NCBI GenBank assembly: GCA_903860135.1
Contig: CAIOPG010000007.1
Span: 66,100 to 130,099, forward strand
Direction of reading: 5' to 3'
Length of the DNA: 64,000 nucleotides
From: Candidatus Omnitrophota bacterium
GTDB taxonomy: Bacteria > Omnitrophota > Gorgyraeia > Zapsychrales > Fredricksoniimonadaceae
Shown: positions 30,211 through 40,142 of the stretch, piece by piece
Layout of the letters: each line of letters begins with the position of its first letter
Position numbering within the stretch: the first letter of the stretch is position 1
The notes under the pieces: generated by a model
Database searches by the model: none
Seen by the model: the letters and a program-made list of their open reading frames with translations, nothing else
Told to the model about the DNA's origin: nothing
Translations under genes and position numbers: made by a program

Positions 30211-30533
30211 CGCATCCGGGTAATGCCGGGGGCATACCGCCTGTATCCGTTCACCGAGGGCATGGCGGCGTGGACGAACAGAGCCACAGAGACGAGCCCC
30301 TTCAGTGGGGAGTGAAACGCGGCATCTCTGCGTGGAGCAAGGCCAAATAAGAGGAGAACTTCCGGCGGGCCGTAAGGTGCGGCGGAGGGCGAGGCGATCC
30401 GCCTTGTTATGATCCTCGGGTAGGCCGCAAGAGTCCCGGGGGCAACTCCGGGAGTGAGTCGGATGGTCGTCCAGCTCCGGTGCCAAAATACCGGAAGGGC
30501 ACAGAACCCGGCTTATGTGACCGCTTTCTGTGC
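30138..30533 (+). ncRNA. rnpB: RNase P RNA (bacterial type A)
   Basis: Universal P4 5' half GGAGGAAAGTCCGGGCTCC at ~30190, AGCAAGGCCAAATAAGAGG, and P4 3' half ACAGAACCCGGCTTA at 30501-30515. Candidate P1 pairing GCAGAAAGCGGCCA (30138..) with TGACCGCTTTCTGTGC (30518..30533). The ends are approximate. Confidence 0.85.
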
Positions 30534-30616
30534 TAATAGCATGCTTTCCGACAAGCCGGGGCATTAACGATATAAATATCTCGTTCAAACAATAGATAGT
30601 CAACAGGAGAAGTTCA

Positions 30617-31366
30617 ATGTCAGGTCACTCAAAATGGGCAAAGATCAAGCATAAAAAAGGCATCACCGACGCCAAGCGTGGCGCTGCCTTCACCAAGATC
30701 ACGCGTGAGATCGTGACCGCGGCCAAAGAGGGCGGCGGCGATCCTGATGTGAATCCGCGCCTGCGCACGGCCATGCTCCGCGCGCGCGGTCTGGGCATGC
30801 CTTCCACCAACGTTGACAATGCCATCAAGAAGGGCACGGGCGACATCGAGGGCGTGGTATATGAATCTTTCACGTTTGATGCTTACGCTCCGGGCGGGGT
30901 TGCGGTGTTCATTGAAGGGTTGACGGACAACAAGAACCGTACGACCGCCGAGATCCGTACGATCCTTAACCGCAAGAATGGCGCTTTGGCGTCCCCAGGG
31001 TCTACGGCGTTCATTTTCAGCAAGAAGGGTCTGATCGAAGTGGATGTCAAATCCATCGACGAGTCCGCGCTGATGGATATTATCCTTGAAGCCGGTGCTG
31101 ACGACATGGTAACAGAAGGTGATATTTACTCTATCACAACCGAACCGTCGCGCCTTGAAGCGGTGCGCGTGGTGCTTGAGGGGAAGAAGGTCGTGATGAA
31201 GACCGCCGAAGTCACCATGATCCCGACGACAACCAAGAAGATCGCCGGGGCGGAAGCCAGGGCGGTACTCGCGCTGATCGAAACACTTGAAGATTACGAG
31301 GATGTGCAGAACGTGTACGCTAATTTTGATATTTCTGACGAAGACATGGCGGCGCTGGGCGAATGA
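30617..31366 (+). CDS. yebC: YebC/PmpR family DNA-binding transcriptional regulator
   Basis: MSGHSKWAKIKHKKGITDAKRGAAFTKITREI is the canonical YebC N-terminus. Confidence 0.92.
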   Translation: MSGHSKWAKIKHKKGITDAKRGAAFTKITREIVTAAKEGGGDPDVNPRLRTAMLRARGLGMPSTNVDNAIKKGTGDIEGVVYESFTFDAYAPGGVAVFIEGLTDNKNRTTAEIRTILNRKNGALASPGSTAFIFSKKGLIEVDVKSIDESALMDIILEAGADDMVTEGDIYSITTEPSRLEAVRVVLEGKKVVMKTAEVTMIPTTTKKIAGAEARAVLALIETLEDYEDVQNVYANFDISDEDMAALGE

Positions 31367-31860
31367 CCCTGGCGCGGCGCGTGATGGGCATTGACCCCGG
31401 GCTGAAAGCCACGGGGTACGGGGTGGTTGAATATCTCCCGCAGGCGCGTCCGCAAACCATTGAAGCCGGGTCGATCGAACCAAAGGCTAAGGCGTCTTTG
31501 GCGGAAAAGCTCTTAAAGATCCATGGGCATCTGACCGATATCATCGACCGGCAGAAGCCCGATATTGTTGTTCTTGAAAAATTGTATTCCCATCACGCGC
31601 ATCCGATGACCGCGGCGGTGATGGGGCACGCGCGCGGTGTGATATGCCTTGTTTGCGCCCAGAAGGCGGTTGAGGTCGTTGAAGAGAGCCCCAAACGCAT
31701 CCGCAAGGCTCTGTCCGGTAACGGGAATGCCTCGAAAGAACAGACCCGCCGCGTGGTTGCCGATTTTCTTAAAATAGATCCGGCAAAGCTGACGCTCGAT
31801 ACGTCCGATGCATTGGCGCTGGCGCTTGGTTATGCCGGGATGATCCGATTTTTACGTTAA
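31363..31860 (+). CDS. ruvC: crossover junction endodeoxyribonuclease RuvC
   Basis: MGIDPGLKATGYGVVE start. yebC-ruvC-ruvA synteny. Confidence 0.9.
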   Translation: MTLARRVMGIDPGLKATGYGVVEYLPQARPQTIEAGSIEPKAKASLAEKLLKIHGHLTDIIDRQKPDIVVLEKLYSHHAHPMTAAVMGHARGVICLVCAQKAVEVVEESPKRIRKALSGNGNASKEQTRRVVADFLKIDPAKLTLDTSDALALALGYAGMIRFLR

Positions 31861-31891
31861 GTGCCGGCGATTGGCCGGCCGGGGAAAGCTC

Positions 31892-32521
31892 ATGATCTCC
31901 CGCCTCACAGGAAAGATCGTTGAACGCAAGGACAATGCCGTTATTCTCGACGCCAATGGGCTTGGGTATGAGGTGTTCGTCCCGGCATCGGTCTTCCAGC
32001 GCTTGGACACCTTGGCGTTGCACGATGGCACCATCACCCTGGTGACGTACCATTATTTTTTGATGACGCCAAGTTCCGCCACACCTGTTCTCGTGGGTTT
32101 TCTAAACGATCTTGAAAAAGAATTTTTCCTGCAATTCATTTCAGTTTCAGGCATCGGTCCCAAGGCCGCGGTGCGGGCACTCAATTGTTCGATTGCCCGG
32201 ATCGCAGAGGCCATTGATGCCGGAGACACTGCATTTTTAAAGACATTGCCGGGTATCGGCCAGCAGAAAGCCCGCGACATTATCGCGAAACTTCAAGGGC
32301 GGGTCGGCCGTTTTGCCTTGATCCCTGACCAGAAGGTTAAGCCCTCGGCGGTGCCCGAAGCCGGGGCCTTGAAAGAAGAGGCGCTGGCCGTGCTGGTGCA
32401 GTTACAGTACAAGAAGCCGGAAGCCCTTGATATGATCAACCGCGTCATGGCGCGCAAAAGTACGATCGCCACCGTTGAGGAATTGCTCAACGCAATATAT
32501 GCAGGGTCGGCCAAGGGATGA
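31892..32521 (+). CDS. ruvA: Holliday junction branch migration protein RuvA
   Basis: MISRLTGKIVERKDNAVILDANGLGYEVFVP plus helix-hairpin-helix motifs. The ORF frame opens at 31871. Confidence 0.9.
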   Translation: MISRLTGKIVERKDNAVILDANGLGYEVFVPASVFQRLDTLALHDGTITLVTYHYFLMTPSSATPVLVGFLNDLEKEFFLQFISVSGIGPKAAVRALNCSIARIAEAIDAGDTAFLKTLPGIGQQKARDIIAKLQGRVGRFALIPDQKVKPSAVPEAGALKEEALAVLVQLQYKKPEALDMINRVMARKSTIATVEELLNAIYAGSAKG

Positions 32522-33228
32522 GTATGGATCAGCCATCAGGGGATCATTTGAAAGGTGCGGTAGAGGCGTTGCTCTTTGTGAGCGACAAGCCAGTGTCATT
32601 GGAACAGCTGCGGCTGGCCGTGGCTGGTTCTTTGCCTGACGATATCAAGGCGGTCCTGGCACAGCTTAAAGGTGATTATGACAACAGCCCGCGCGGCATG
32701 AGCCTTGTTGAGATCGCCGGAGGCTGGCAGTTGCTTTCGAGCCCTGCGTTTGCCGAATACATCCGGGAATTTTACAAGACGCGCCATAAGGAAAAGCTGT
32801 CGCGCGCAGGGCTTGAGGTTTTGGCGATCATTGCGTATAAACAGCCGGTGTCGCGCACCGATGTGGAGGTTGTCCGTGGGGTTAATTCCGACGGAACAGT
32901 GGCGCATCTTTTAAATAAGGGGCTGATCAAGATCGCGGGGCGCAAGGAAGTGCCCGGACGGCCTTATGTTTACGGCACAACCGCGCAGTTCTTGGATTTC
33001 TTTGGTTTACGGTCGCTCGAGGATTTGCCGCGCCTCGAAGAATTTGCGTCGCTGGTCGAGGGCAAGGCCAGCGTTCAGGAAGTTGGGACGCCGGCGCCCG
33101 AAGAGGCCATGCTACCACCGGAGACTGAACTGCTGGGAGAAGCCAGTGGCCAGGCGCGGTTGATGGGAACGGATATTACGCCAGAAGGGGGCGGGAATGG
33201 ACCTGAAACAACTTCGCCAGAAAATTGA
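32518..33228 (+). CDS. scpB: segregation and condensation protein B
   Basis: LEALLFVSDKPVSLEQL...VEIAGGWQL...LEVLAIIAYKQPVSRTDVEVVRG is the ScpB winged-helix tandem. Confidence 0.88.
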   Translation: MSMDQPSGDHLKGAVEALLFVSDKPVSLEQLRLAVAGSLPDDIKAVLAQLKGDYDNSPRGMSLVEIAGGWQLLSSPAFAEYIREFYKTRHKEKLSRAGLEVLAIIAYKQPVSRTDVEVVRGVNSDGTVAHLLNKGLIKIAGRKEVPGRPYVYGTTAQFLDFFGLRSLEDLPRLEEFASLVEGKASVQEVGTPAPEEAMLPPETELLGEASGQARLMGTDITPEGGGNGPETTSPEN

Positions 33229-34264
33229 CGGAATCGACGCCAGGCTTGTGGACCTCCTGAACGAGCGGGCGCGGGCATCGCTGGAGGTCGGCAAGGTCAA
33301 GGTTAAGACGGGCAAGGGCATTTACGCGCCCCAGCGGGAACGTCAGGTCCTTGACGGGGTGCGGGCGCTGAACAAAGGTCCGATGGACAATGCGGCCTTT
33401 GAGGCCATTTACCGCGAGATCATGTCAGCCTCCCTGTCTTTGGAAAAGCCGCTCTGCATTGGGTACCTCGGCGCGGAAGGGTCGAATTCCCACTCGGCGG
33501 CGCTGAAGAAATTCGGGGCACAGCTGAATTATGCCGGGTGCGCGAGCATCGCGGAGGTGTTTCGCCGCGTCGAGCAGGGTAGCTGTGATTACGGGGTTGT
33601 GCCGATCGAGAATTCAGTCGAGGGTGTTGTTACGCCGACAGCGGATCTTTTGGCCGAATCCCAGCTGCAGGTTTGTGCCCAGATGATGATGAAGATATCC
33701 TACGCGCTGCTGGCCAAAGGTTCTTTTAGCAAGATCAGGAAAGTCTATTCCAATCCCCAGGTCTTTGCCCAGTGCCGCGACTGGCTGGCCGTGCATTTGC
33801 CGCCGGCGAGCGTGTGCCAGATCAGTACGGCGTCGACGACGGATGCGGCAAAGATAGCGGCGTCAGAAACGAATGCGGCCGCATTGGCACCGGTGGAATG
33901 TGCGCCTGTTTACGGCCTGACAGCCTTGCGCGAGCAGGTGCAGGACATCGCGCACAATTCGACGCGGTTCTTTGTGATCGGTCCTGAAGATGCCCTCCCG
34001 ACAGGCGATGACCGCACGTCGATCGTTTTCTCGATCAAGGACAGGGTGGGGGTGCTTCATTCCATCCTTGCGCCTTTTGCCGCAAGGGCCATCAGCCTGA
34101 CGCGCATCGAGTCCCGGCCGATCAAGAAAAAGGCTTGGGATTATTATTTCTTTGTTGATTTCAAGGGGCATCGTCAGGACAAGAAGGTGCAGGAAGCCCT
34201 TCATGAAGTCGAGAACATGTGTAAATTCCTGAAAATACTGGGCTCTTATCCTGAGGCGGCATGA
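33197..34264 (+). CDS. pheA: bifunctional chorismate mutase / prephenate dehydratase (P-protein)
   Basis: CM domain LRQKIDGIDARLVDLLNERA, a PDT domain, and a C-terminal ACT domain. Confidence 0.88.
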   Translation: MDLKQLRQKIDGIDARLVDLLNERARASLEVGKVKVKTGKGIYAPQRERQVLDGVRALNKGPMDNAAFEAIYREIMSASLSLEKPLCIGYLGAEGSNSHSAALKKFGAQLNYAGCASIAEVFRRVEQGSCDYGVVPIENSVEGVVTPTADLLAESQLQVCAQMMMKISYALLAKGSFSKIRKVYSNPQVFAQCRDWLAVHLPPASVCQISTASTTDAAKIAASETNAAALAPVECAPVYGLTALREQVQDIAHNSTRFFVIGPEDALPTGDDRTSIVFSIKDRVGVLHSILAPFAARAISLTRIESRPIKKKAWDYYFFVDFKGHRQDKKVQEALHEVENMCKFLKILGSYPEAA

Positions 34265-35355
34265 AAACCAACAAGCATATCCTGAAGGTCAAGCCCTATG
34301 TCGGTGGCAAGCCGATCGCGGAAGTGCGCCGGGCTTTCGGATTAAAGCGTGTTATCAAGCTGGCCTCGAATGAAAATCCGTTTCCGCCATCACCTAAGGT
34401 TTTGAAGGCGATCACGTCAGCGGTCGGAGATGTGAACCGCTATCCCGACGGCTCTTGTTACGACCTGCGTCAGGCATTGGCTAGGAAGCATAAGGTTTCG
34501 CCCGAGCAGCTTGTTTTTGGCTGCGGGTCCGATGAGATCATTGTGATGGCTTTGCGGGCATTTTCCAATGAAGGCGACGAGGTTGTCATGGCCAAACCGT
34601 CTTTCATGGTTTATTCGATCGCCGCGACGGCCGCTGGTGCCCGCTGCGTCGAGGTGCCGCTCAAGGGGCTGGATTACGACATCGCCGCGATGAAGCGGGC
34701 GGTGACACCAAAAACCCGGCTTGTTTTTATCGGCAACCCGGACAATCCGGCGGGGACATTTTCTCCGCGTGCCGATATTCTGGCATTCATGAAGGGGCTT
34801 TCCAAAGACGTTCTCGTTTTCTTTGACGAGGCCTACTTTGAGTTTGCCAGGGATGAAAAAGATTATCTGGATGCGATGGCTCTTTTGCAGGCATACCCTA
34901 ATATCATTGTGGCGCGGACTTTTTCGAAGCTTTTTGGTCTGGCGGGCTTGCGCATCGGCTACGCGGTGGCCAGTCCGGCGGTGGCTGATATTCTAAACCG
35001 TGCCCGCGAGCCTTTTAATGTTACGTCGATCGCCCAGGCCGCGGCCCTTGCCGCCTTGAAAGATGAGGCGTATTATGAAAATATCCTTACGATCCTCAAG
35101 CACGAGCGCGCCGTTTTGTGCGCAGGGCTTGAGAGGCTGGGACTTTCTTACAGCCGGGGGGCTACCAATTTTATCCAGGTCCGTCTTGCCGTATCGGGTG
35201 CTGACATGGCCTTGCGCTTGATGAAGAAAGGCGTGATCGTGCGCGATATGGGGTCATGGGGGTTCAAGGATCAGATCCGGGTGACGGTCGGAACGCCCGC
35301 TGAAAATAGGAAGTTCTTAAAGGTGTTAAAAGACAATTTACAGGGAGATCAATGA
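34261..35355 (+). CDS. hisC: histidinol-phosphate aminotransferase / class I-II aminotransferase
   Basis: KLASNENPFPPSP...YPDG...FSKLFGLAGLRIGYAV: the PLP-lysine motif of the HisC family. Confidence 0.85.
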   Translation: MKTNKHILKVKPYVGGKPIAEVRRAFGLKRVIKLASNENPFPPSPKVLKAITSAVGDVNRYPDGSCYDLRQALARKHKVSPEQLVFGCGSDEIIVMALRAFSNEGDEVVMAKPSFMVYSIAATAAGARCVEVPLKGLDYDIAAMKRAVTPKTRLVFIGNPDNPAGTFSPRADILAFMKGLSKDVLVFFDEAYFEFARDEKDYLDAMALLQAYPNIIVARTFSKLFGLAGLRIGYAVASPAVADILNRAREPFNVTSIAQAAALAALKDEAYYENILTILKHERAVLCAGLERLGLSYSRGATNFIQVRLAVSGADMALRLMKKGVIVRDMGSWGFKDQIRVTVGTPAENRKFLKVLKDNLQGDQ

Positions 35356-36215
35356 TGTTTCACAGGCACATGTTTAGGAAAGCGGTTATCCTGGGAACGG
35401 GCATGATCGGCGGATCCGTGGCGCTGGCGCTGCGAAAGCACGGGCTGGCCGGCCAGATCGTCGGCACGTCGCGTCAGGAAGCTTCATTGCAGAAAGCCCT
35501 GGACATGAAGGTCATCGACGAGGGGACGACTGATATCCGCAAGGCTATTCAGGGTGCGGATCTCGTTATCCTCGCCGCTCCGGTCAAGGTCATCCTCGAG
35601 CACATCGGGGATATTTCCAAGCATTTGCGCCGGGGGTGTGTGGTGACGGATGTGGGCAGTTCCAAGGCCGCGATCGTCGAGGCCGCCCAGAAGCATTTTC
35701 CGCCGCATGTTTTATTTGCCGGTGCCCATCCCATGGCCGGTTCTGAGAAAAGCGGGGTGGCGCAGGCCAATGGCGATCTTTTCAAAGGGACGACCTGCAT
35801 TATGACGCCGACGGACAAAACCAACCGTGCCGCCGTGGACAAGGTCAAGCAGTTGTGGACTATCCTGGGTGCCAATGTCAAGGTCATGGAACCCCTTGCG
35901 CATGACGAGGCACTGGCGTATGCCAGCCACTTGCCGCACATGATGGCCTTTGCGCTGGTGCGTGCTATTCCCGAAGATTTTCTTCAATACGGTGCTGCCG
36001 GCTTGATGGACACAACCCGTGTGGCCGGATCATCGGGCCAGATGTGGGCCGATGTGTGTTCGTCGAATTACCGACAAGTTATCAAAGCCATTGATGAGGC
36101 GGTTAAATCCATGTCGGAGATCCGTAAAGCCATCGTTGACCGTGATGAGGCGGCGATGATCCAGATGTTCAACCAGGCTAAAGCCAAGCGTGAAATACTG
36201 GAGAAGAAAAAATAA
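35352..36215 (+). CDS. tyrA: prephenate dehydrogenase
   Basis: Rossmann VILGTGMIGGSVALALRKHG. PDH catalytic domain. Confidence 0.85.
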   Translation: MMFHRHMFRKAVILGTGMIGGSVALALRKHGLAGQIVGTSRQEASLQKALDMKVIDEGTTDIRKAIQGADLVILAAPVKVILEHIGDISKHLRRGCVVTDVGSSKAAIVEAAQKHFPPHVLFAGAHPMAGSEKSGVAQANGDLFKGTTCIMTPTDKTNRAAVDKVKQLWTILGANVKVMEPLAHDEALAYASHLPHMMAFALVRAIPEDFLQYGAAGLMDTTRVAGSSGQMWADVCSSNYRQVIKAIDEAVKSMSEIRKAIVDRDEAAMIQMFNQAKAKREILEKKK

Positions 36216-36913
36216 TGTCTGATTTTGTTGTCACCATAGACGGGCCCGCCGGCGCGGGCAAGAGCACGGTTGCCAGGGTTCTGGCCCAGAAACTGGGGGT
36301 GGCCTTCATGGATACCGGGGCGATGTACCGTGCGCTCACGCTCAAGGCCTTGCGCTTGGGGGTGAAGCTTGACGATGAGTCAGCCTTGATAGCACTGGCG
36401 CGCACTTCGGTGATCGACCTTGTGAGTGAACCAGGCAAACGGCCCCAGGTTTTTCTTGACGGTGAGGATGTGTCCGAGGCGATCCGTTCCTTGGAAGTTA
36501 CCAACAATACTTTCTACGCGGCCCGTGCGCCGGGGGTGCGTCATATCATGGTGGAATGGCAACGTCTGCTCGGTGCCAGGCGGTCGATGGTGGGCGACGG
36601 GCGCGACCTCGGGACGGTGGTGTTCCCGGGAGCTAGGTACAAATTTTATCTGGATGCTGATTTCAATGTCCGTTGTCAGCGCCGCATTGATGAGCTGAAG
36701 GCCAAGGGTCTTCCGGTCGATGAGGCATCGCTGCGCAAGGATGTGGCGGAACGCGACCACAAGGACAAGACACGTTCGGTTGGCCCGTTAAAGCCGGCCG
36801 AGGGGGCCGTCATCATTGATTCGACGGCCATGTCGATCGAGGCTGTTGTGGCTGTCCTTTACCATCATATCACCGGTAACGCTGACGGATCGTTGCCGCA
36901 AGGACGCGCCTAG
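36215..36913 (+). CDS. cmk: cytidylate kinase
   Basis: IDGPAGAGKSTVARVLAQKLGVAFMDTGAMYRA. Confidence 0.92.
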   Translation: MSDFVVTIDGPAGAGKSTVARVLAQKLGVAFMDTGAMYRALTLKALRLGVKLDDESALIALARTSVIDLVSEPGKRPQVFLDGEDVSEAIRSLEVTNNTFYAARAPGVRHIMVEWQRLLGARRSMVGDGRDLGTVVFPGARYKFYLDADFNVRCQRRIDELKAKGLPVDEASLRKDVAERDHKDKTRSVGPLKPAEGAVIIDSTAMSIEAVVAVLYHHITGNADGSLPQGRA

Positions 36914-36914
36914 A

Positions 36915-38705
36915 ATGGAACAATCACAGATACGCAACTTTTCGATCATCGCGCACATTGACCACGGCAAATCAACGCTCGCCGACCGACTGATGCTCGC
37001 CTGCGGGGCTATTGACGAACGCAGTTTTAAGAATCAGCTCCTCGATGATATGGACCTCGAGCGCGAGCGTGGCATTACGATCAAGGCCTCGGCTGTCCGC
37101 TTGACCTATAAGGCCAAGGATGGCCATGAATACCTCTTTAACCTGATCGATACGCCGGGCCACGTTGATTTTACCTACGAGGTAGAAAAATCCCTCAAGG
37201 CCTGCGAAGGGGCCCTGCTGATTATCGATGCGTCGCAGGGGGTCGAATCCCAGACGGTGGCTAATTATTATCTGGCTATCAATAACAACCTTGAGATATT
37301 GCCGGTCATCAACAAGATCGATATCGCCAACATTGACCTTAACGAGGCGGTACGTCAGTTCAAGGAAGTGCTCGGGTTTCGCGAAGATGATATCCAGAAA
37401 GTTTCCGCTAAAGAAGGCCTCTTCATCAACGAATTGCTGGAGAAGATCGTTGCCTTCATCCCCGCGCCTTACGGCGAAGTGAACAAGCCGTTGAAAGCGC
37501 TTATTTTTGACATGAAATACGATGTGTACAAGGGCATCATTATTTTTATCCGTGTCATAGACGGCAAGGTCGGCATCGGCACGCGCATCCGCCTCATGCA
37601 CATGAACCGCGAGTATACGGTCGAGGGTATGGGGTATTTTACGCCTTTTGATGTCAAGACCAAGGGGTTTGGTGCCGGCGAGGTTGGTTATATCACCTGC
37701 AATGTGCGCGACCCCAAGGAAGTGCGTGTGGGAGATACCATCACCGAAGCGTTGAATCCCTGCGATGCGCCGCTCGAAGGTTACCGCATCCTCAAGCCGC
37801 TGGTTTTCTGTGGCGTATATCCTGTGACCGCCGACCAGTACATGGAACTGCGCGAGGCCATTGACAAATTGCGCCTCAGCGACCCGAGCTTCACCTATGA
37901 ACCGGAAACATCACAGTCTTTCGGCCACGGGTTCCGTTGCGGTTTTCTGGGTCTGTTGCACATGGAAGTGGTCCAGGAACGCTTGGAGCGCGAGTATAAT
38001 TTGAGCCTTGTGCTGACAACGCCTAACGTTGGGTACCGTTATGTCACCAAAGGCGGGGTGATGACCGACATTGAAAATCCATCTCAGCTGCCGGGCCCGA
38101 GCGACGTCAAGTCTGTCGAAGAGCCTTATCTCAAAGTGGCGGTCATGACCCCGGTCAGCAGCATGGACGCGGTCATGGAATTATCCAAACGCAAGCGCGG
38201 CATTTTCATCAAGAGCGAATACATTTCCGATCGTATGCGCATCATTTACGATATTCCGCTCGCCGAGGTGATTGTGGATTTCAATGACATGGTGAAGTCC
38301 GCCACGCGCGGCTACGGGTCGATCGATTATGAATTCACCGGTTATAAGCCGGCACCCATTGCCAAGCTTGATATTTTGATCAACGACGAGGCGTGTGATG
38401 CCTTTGCCTGCCTGGTTCATAAGGATCGTGCCTATGAAAAAGGTGCCGCGCTGTGCGAAAAACTGAAAGAACTTATCCCGGCCCAGCTTTTTGAGATCCG
38501 CATCCAGGCGACGTGTGACGGGCGTATTATTGCGTCCTCGCGCATCAAATCCATGGGCAAGAATGTGACCGCCAAGTGTTACGGCGGCGACATTTCGCGC
38601 AAGCGCAAGCTCTGGGAGAAGCAGAAGGAAGGCAAGAAGAAGATGAAATCTATCGGCCGTGTTGAAGTGCCGCAGGCCGCGTTTCTGGCGGCATTAAAGA
38701 TCTAA
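36915..38705 (+). CDS. lepA: translation elongation factor 4 (LepA)
   Basis: IRNFSIIAHIDHGKSTLADRLM G-domain and a LepA-specific C-terminus. lepA-lepB pair. Confidence 0.95.
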   Translation: MEQSQIRNFSIIAHIDHGKSTLADRLMLACGAIDERSFKNQLLDDMDLERERGITIKASAVRLTYKAKDGHEYLFNLIDTPGHVDFTYEVEKSLKACEGALLIIDASQGVESQTVANYYLAINNNLEILPVINKIDIANIDLNEAVRQFKEVLGFREDDIQKVSAKEGLFINELLEKIVAFIPAPYGEVNKPLKALIFDMKYDVYKGIIIFIRVIDGKVGIGTRIRLMHMNREYTVEGMGYFTPFDVKTKGFGAGEVGYITCNVRDPKEVRVGDTITEALNPCDAPLEGYRILKPLVFCGVYPVTADQYMELREAIDKLRLSDPSFTYEPETSQSFGHGFRCGFLGLLHMEVVQERLEREYNLSLVLTTPNVGYRYVTKGGVMTDIENPSQLPGPSDVKSVEEPYLKVAVMTPVSSMDAVMELSKRKRGIFIKSEYISDRMRIIYDIPLAEVIVDFNDMVKSATRGYGSIDYEFTGYKPAPIAKLDILINDEACDAFACLVHKDRAYEKGAALCEKLKELIPAQLFEIRIQATCDGRIIASSRIKSMGKNVTAKCYGGDISRKRKLWEKQKEGKKKMKSIGRVEVPQAAFLAALKI

Positions 38706-38725
38706 TACAGATTAAAGGAGTTGAT

Positions 38726-39316
38726 ATGTTAAAGGCATTGCTGACGGAACAAAATAAAAAGATTGCCTGGGAGTGGATTGAATCCCTGGTGGTGGCTTTT
38801 ATCCTGGCCATGGCGATCCGGTCTTTTCTGATCCAGCCATTCAAGATACCGTCAGGTTCCATGCGCATGACACTCGTCGAAGGGGATCGGCTTTTTGTGA
38901 GCAAACTCACCTATGGGCCGCTGGTGCCGTTGACCACTTACCGACTGCCCGGCTTTTCAACACCCCGGCGCGGGGATGTCATTGTTTTCAAATATCCTGT
39001 CCAGCGCAACAAGGATTTCATCAAGCGTCTGATCGCTTTCGGCGGAGAGACGGTCGAGATCAAAGACGGCCTTGTTTATATTAATGACAAGCCTGTGTCC
39101 GAGGAGTCGATCCGCGGGATCCACTATTACAATTATGGTGAATATGCCAAACCGGGTCAAAAGATAACAGTTCCGGCAGGTTATTATTTTGTCATGGGAG
39201 ATAACAGTGCGTCAAGCCACGACAGCCGTTACTGGGGGTTTGTGCCGGCAGAACTTGTGGTAGGCAAGGCCGAGGTTATATTTTGGCCTTTGAACCGGAT
39301 CAAATGGATCAGATGA
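38726..39316 (+). CDS. lepB: signal peptidase I
   Basis: SGSMRMTLVEGDRLFVSK (catalytic Ser box) and GDNSASSHDSRYWGFVP (box E). Confidence 0.92.
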   Translation: MLKALLTEQNKKIAWEWIESLVVAFILAMAIRSFLIQPFKIPSGSMRMTLVEGDRLFVSKLTYGPLVPLTTYRLPGFSTPRRGDVIVFKYPVQRNKDFIKRLIAFGGETVEIKDGLVYINDKPVSEESIRGIHYYNYGEYAKPGQKITVPAGYYFVMGDNSASSHDSRYWGFVPAELVVGKAEVIFWPLNRIKWIR

Positions 39317-39567
39317 AGACGCTGTATTTTTCAGGTGCGATGGTGTGCCTGCTGGCGGCTGGATGTGCGGCCGGCGGTACCGCGCCTTCAACTACCCGTT
39401 CGGATAGCATCGCAGCACAGATCGAGGCGGCCAAGAAGGTTACGGGTGCCATGGCGCCGGCCAAGACTCCGGCTGAAAAATATTCGCCGGTTACAGGGCG
39501 CCATTACAGCGGGGCGCTTGAATTTGAACCGGGCACGGGGGTAAAACTTGTGCCTGTCGAGGAGTAG
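39313..39567 (+). CDS. small lipoprotein, hypothetical
   Basis: MKTLYFSGAMVCLLAAGC lipobox. No recognisable domain. Confidence 0.45.
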   Translation: MKTLYFSGAMVCLLAAGCAAGGTAPSTTRSDSIAAQIEAAKKVTGAMAPAKTPAEKYSPVTGRHYSGALEFEPGTGVKLVPVEE

Positions 39568-39569
39568 GG

Positions 39570-40142
39570 ATGGGGTTGACGCTTGCCAATAAGATCACAG
39601 TGGCGCGCATTGTGGCGGTTCCGGTTTTTGTCGGACTGATGCTCTATGCCACGCCGGCACGCCCTGAGTTTCACTGGGCCGCTCTGGTTGTTTATCTGCT
39701 GGCAGAGATCTCGGATGTTGCCGACGGGTATATTGCCCGCCATTACCGTCAAAAGACGCTTGCTGGTTCGATCCTTGATCCTCTGGCCGACAAAATGCTT
39801 TTTATCAGTGCGCTGTTATGCCTGTATCGCCAGGGGGAGCTCTTCAACTGGGCGGTCCAATTGCCGCTCTGGCTTGTTGTAGCGTTCATCGCGCGCGATG
39901 TTATCCTGGTATTGGGTGCATTGCTCCTTCAGATCCATGCCGGGGTGGTTGAAATTAAGCCGAATATCTGGGGCAAGCTGACGGCCTGTTTTCAGGCGGT
40001 GTGCGTCGTTGTTGTCTTTTTGCAATGGCCCATTGCCTTGTGGCTGTGGTGGACCGCGCTGGCGGTGACCGTTGCCTCGGGGATGATCTATATACATGAA
40101 GGTATCAGGAGTCTTAATAATGGACGTCATGACAATCGTTAG
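39570..40142 (+). CDS. pgsA: CDP-diacylglycerol--glycerol-3-phosphate 3-phosphatidyltransferase
   Basis: CDP-alcohol phosphatidyltransferase motif DVADGYIARHYRQKTLAGSILDPLADK. Confidence 0.88.
   Translation: MGLTLANKITVARIVAVPVFVGLMLYATPARPEFHWAALVVYLLAEISDVADGYIARHYRQKTLAGSILDPLADKMLFISALLCLYRQGELFNWAVQLPLWLVVAFIARDVILVLGALLLQIHAGVVEIKPNIWGKLTACFQAVCVVVVFLQWPIALWLWWTALAVTVASGMIYIHEGIRSLNNGRHDNR

Noticed and set aside
29842-30603. 253-aa minus-strand ORF covering the rnhA 3' end, the rnpB gene and the yebC upstream region
   Set aside because: It lies antisense to a well-supported RNase P RNA and RNase H gene, with no RBS and no recognisable motifs. This is the typical long spurious ORF of GC-rich DNA.
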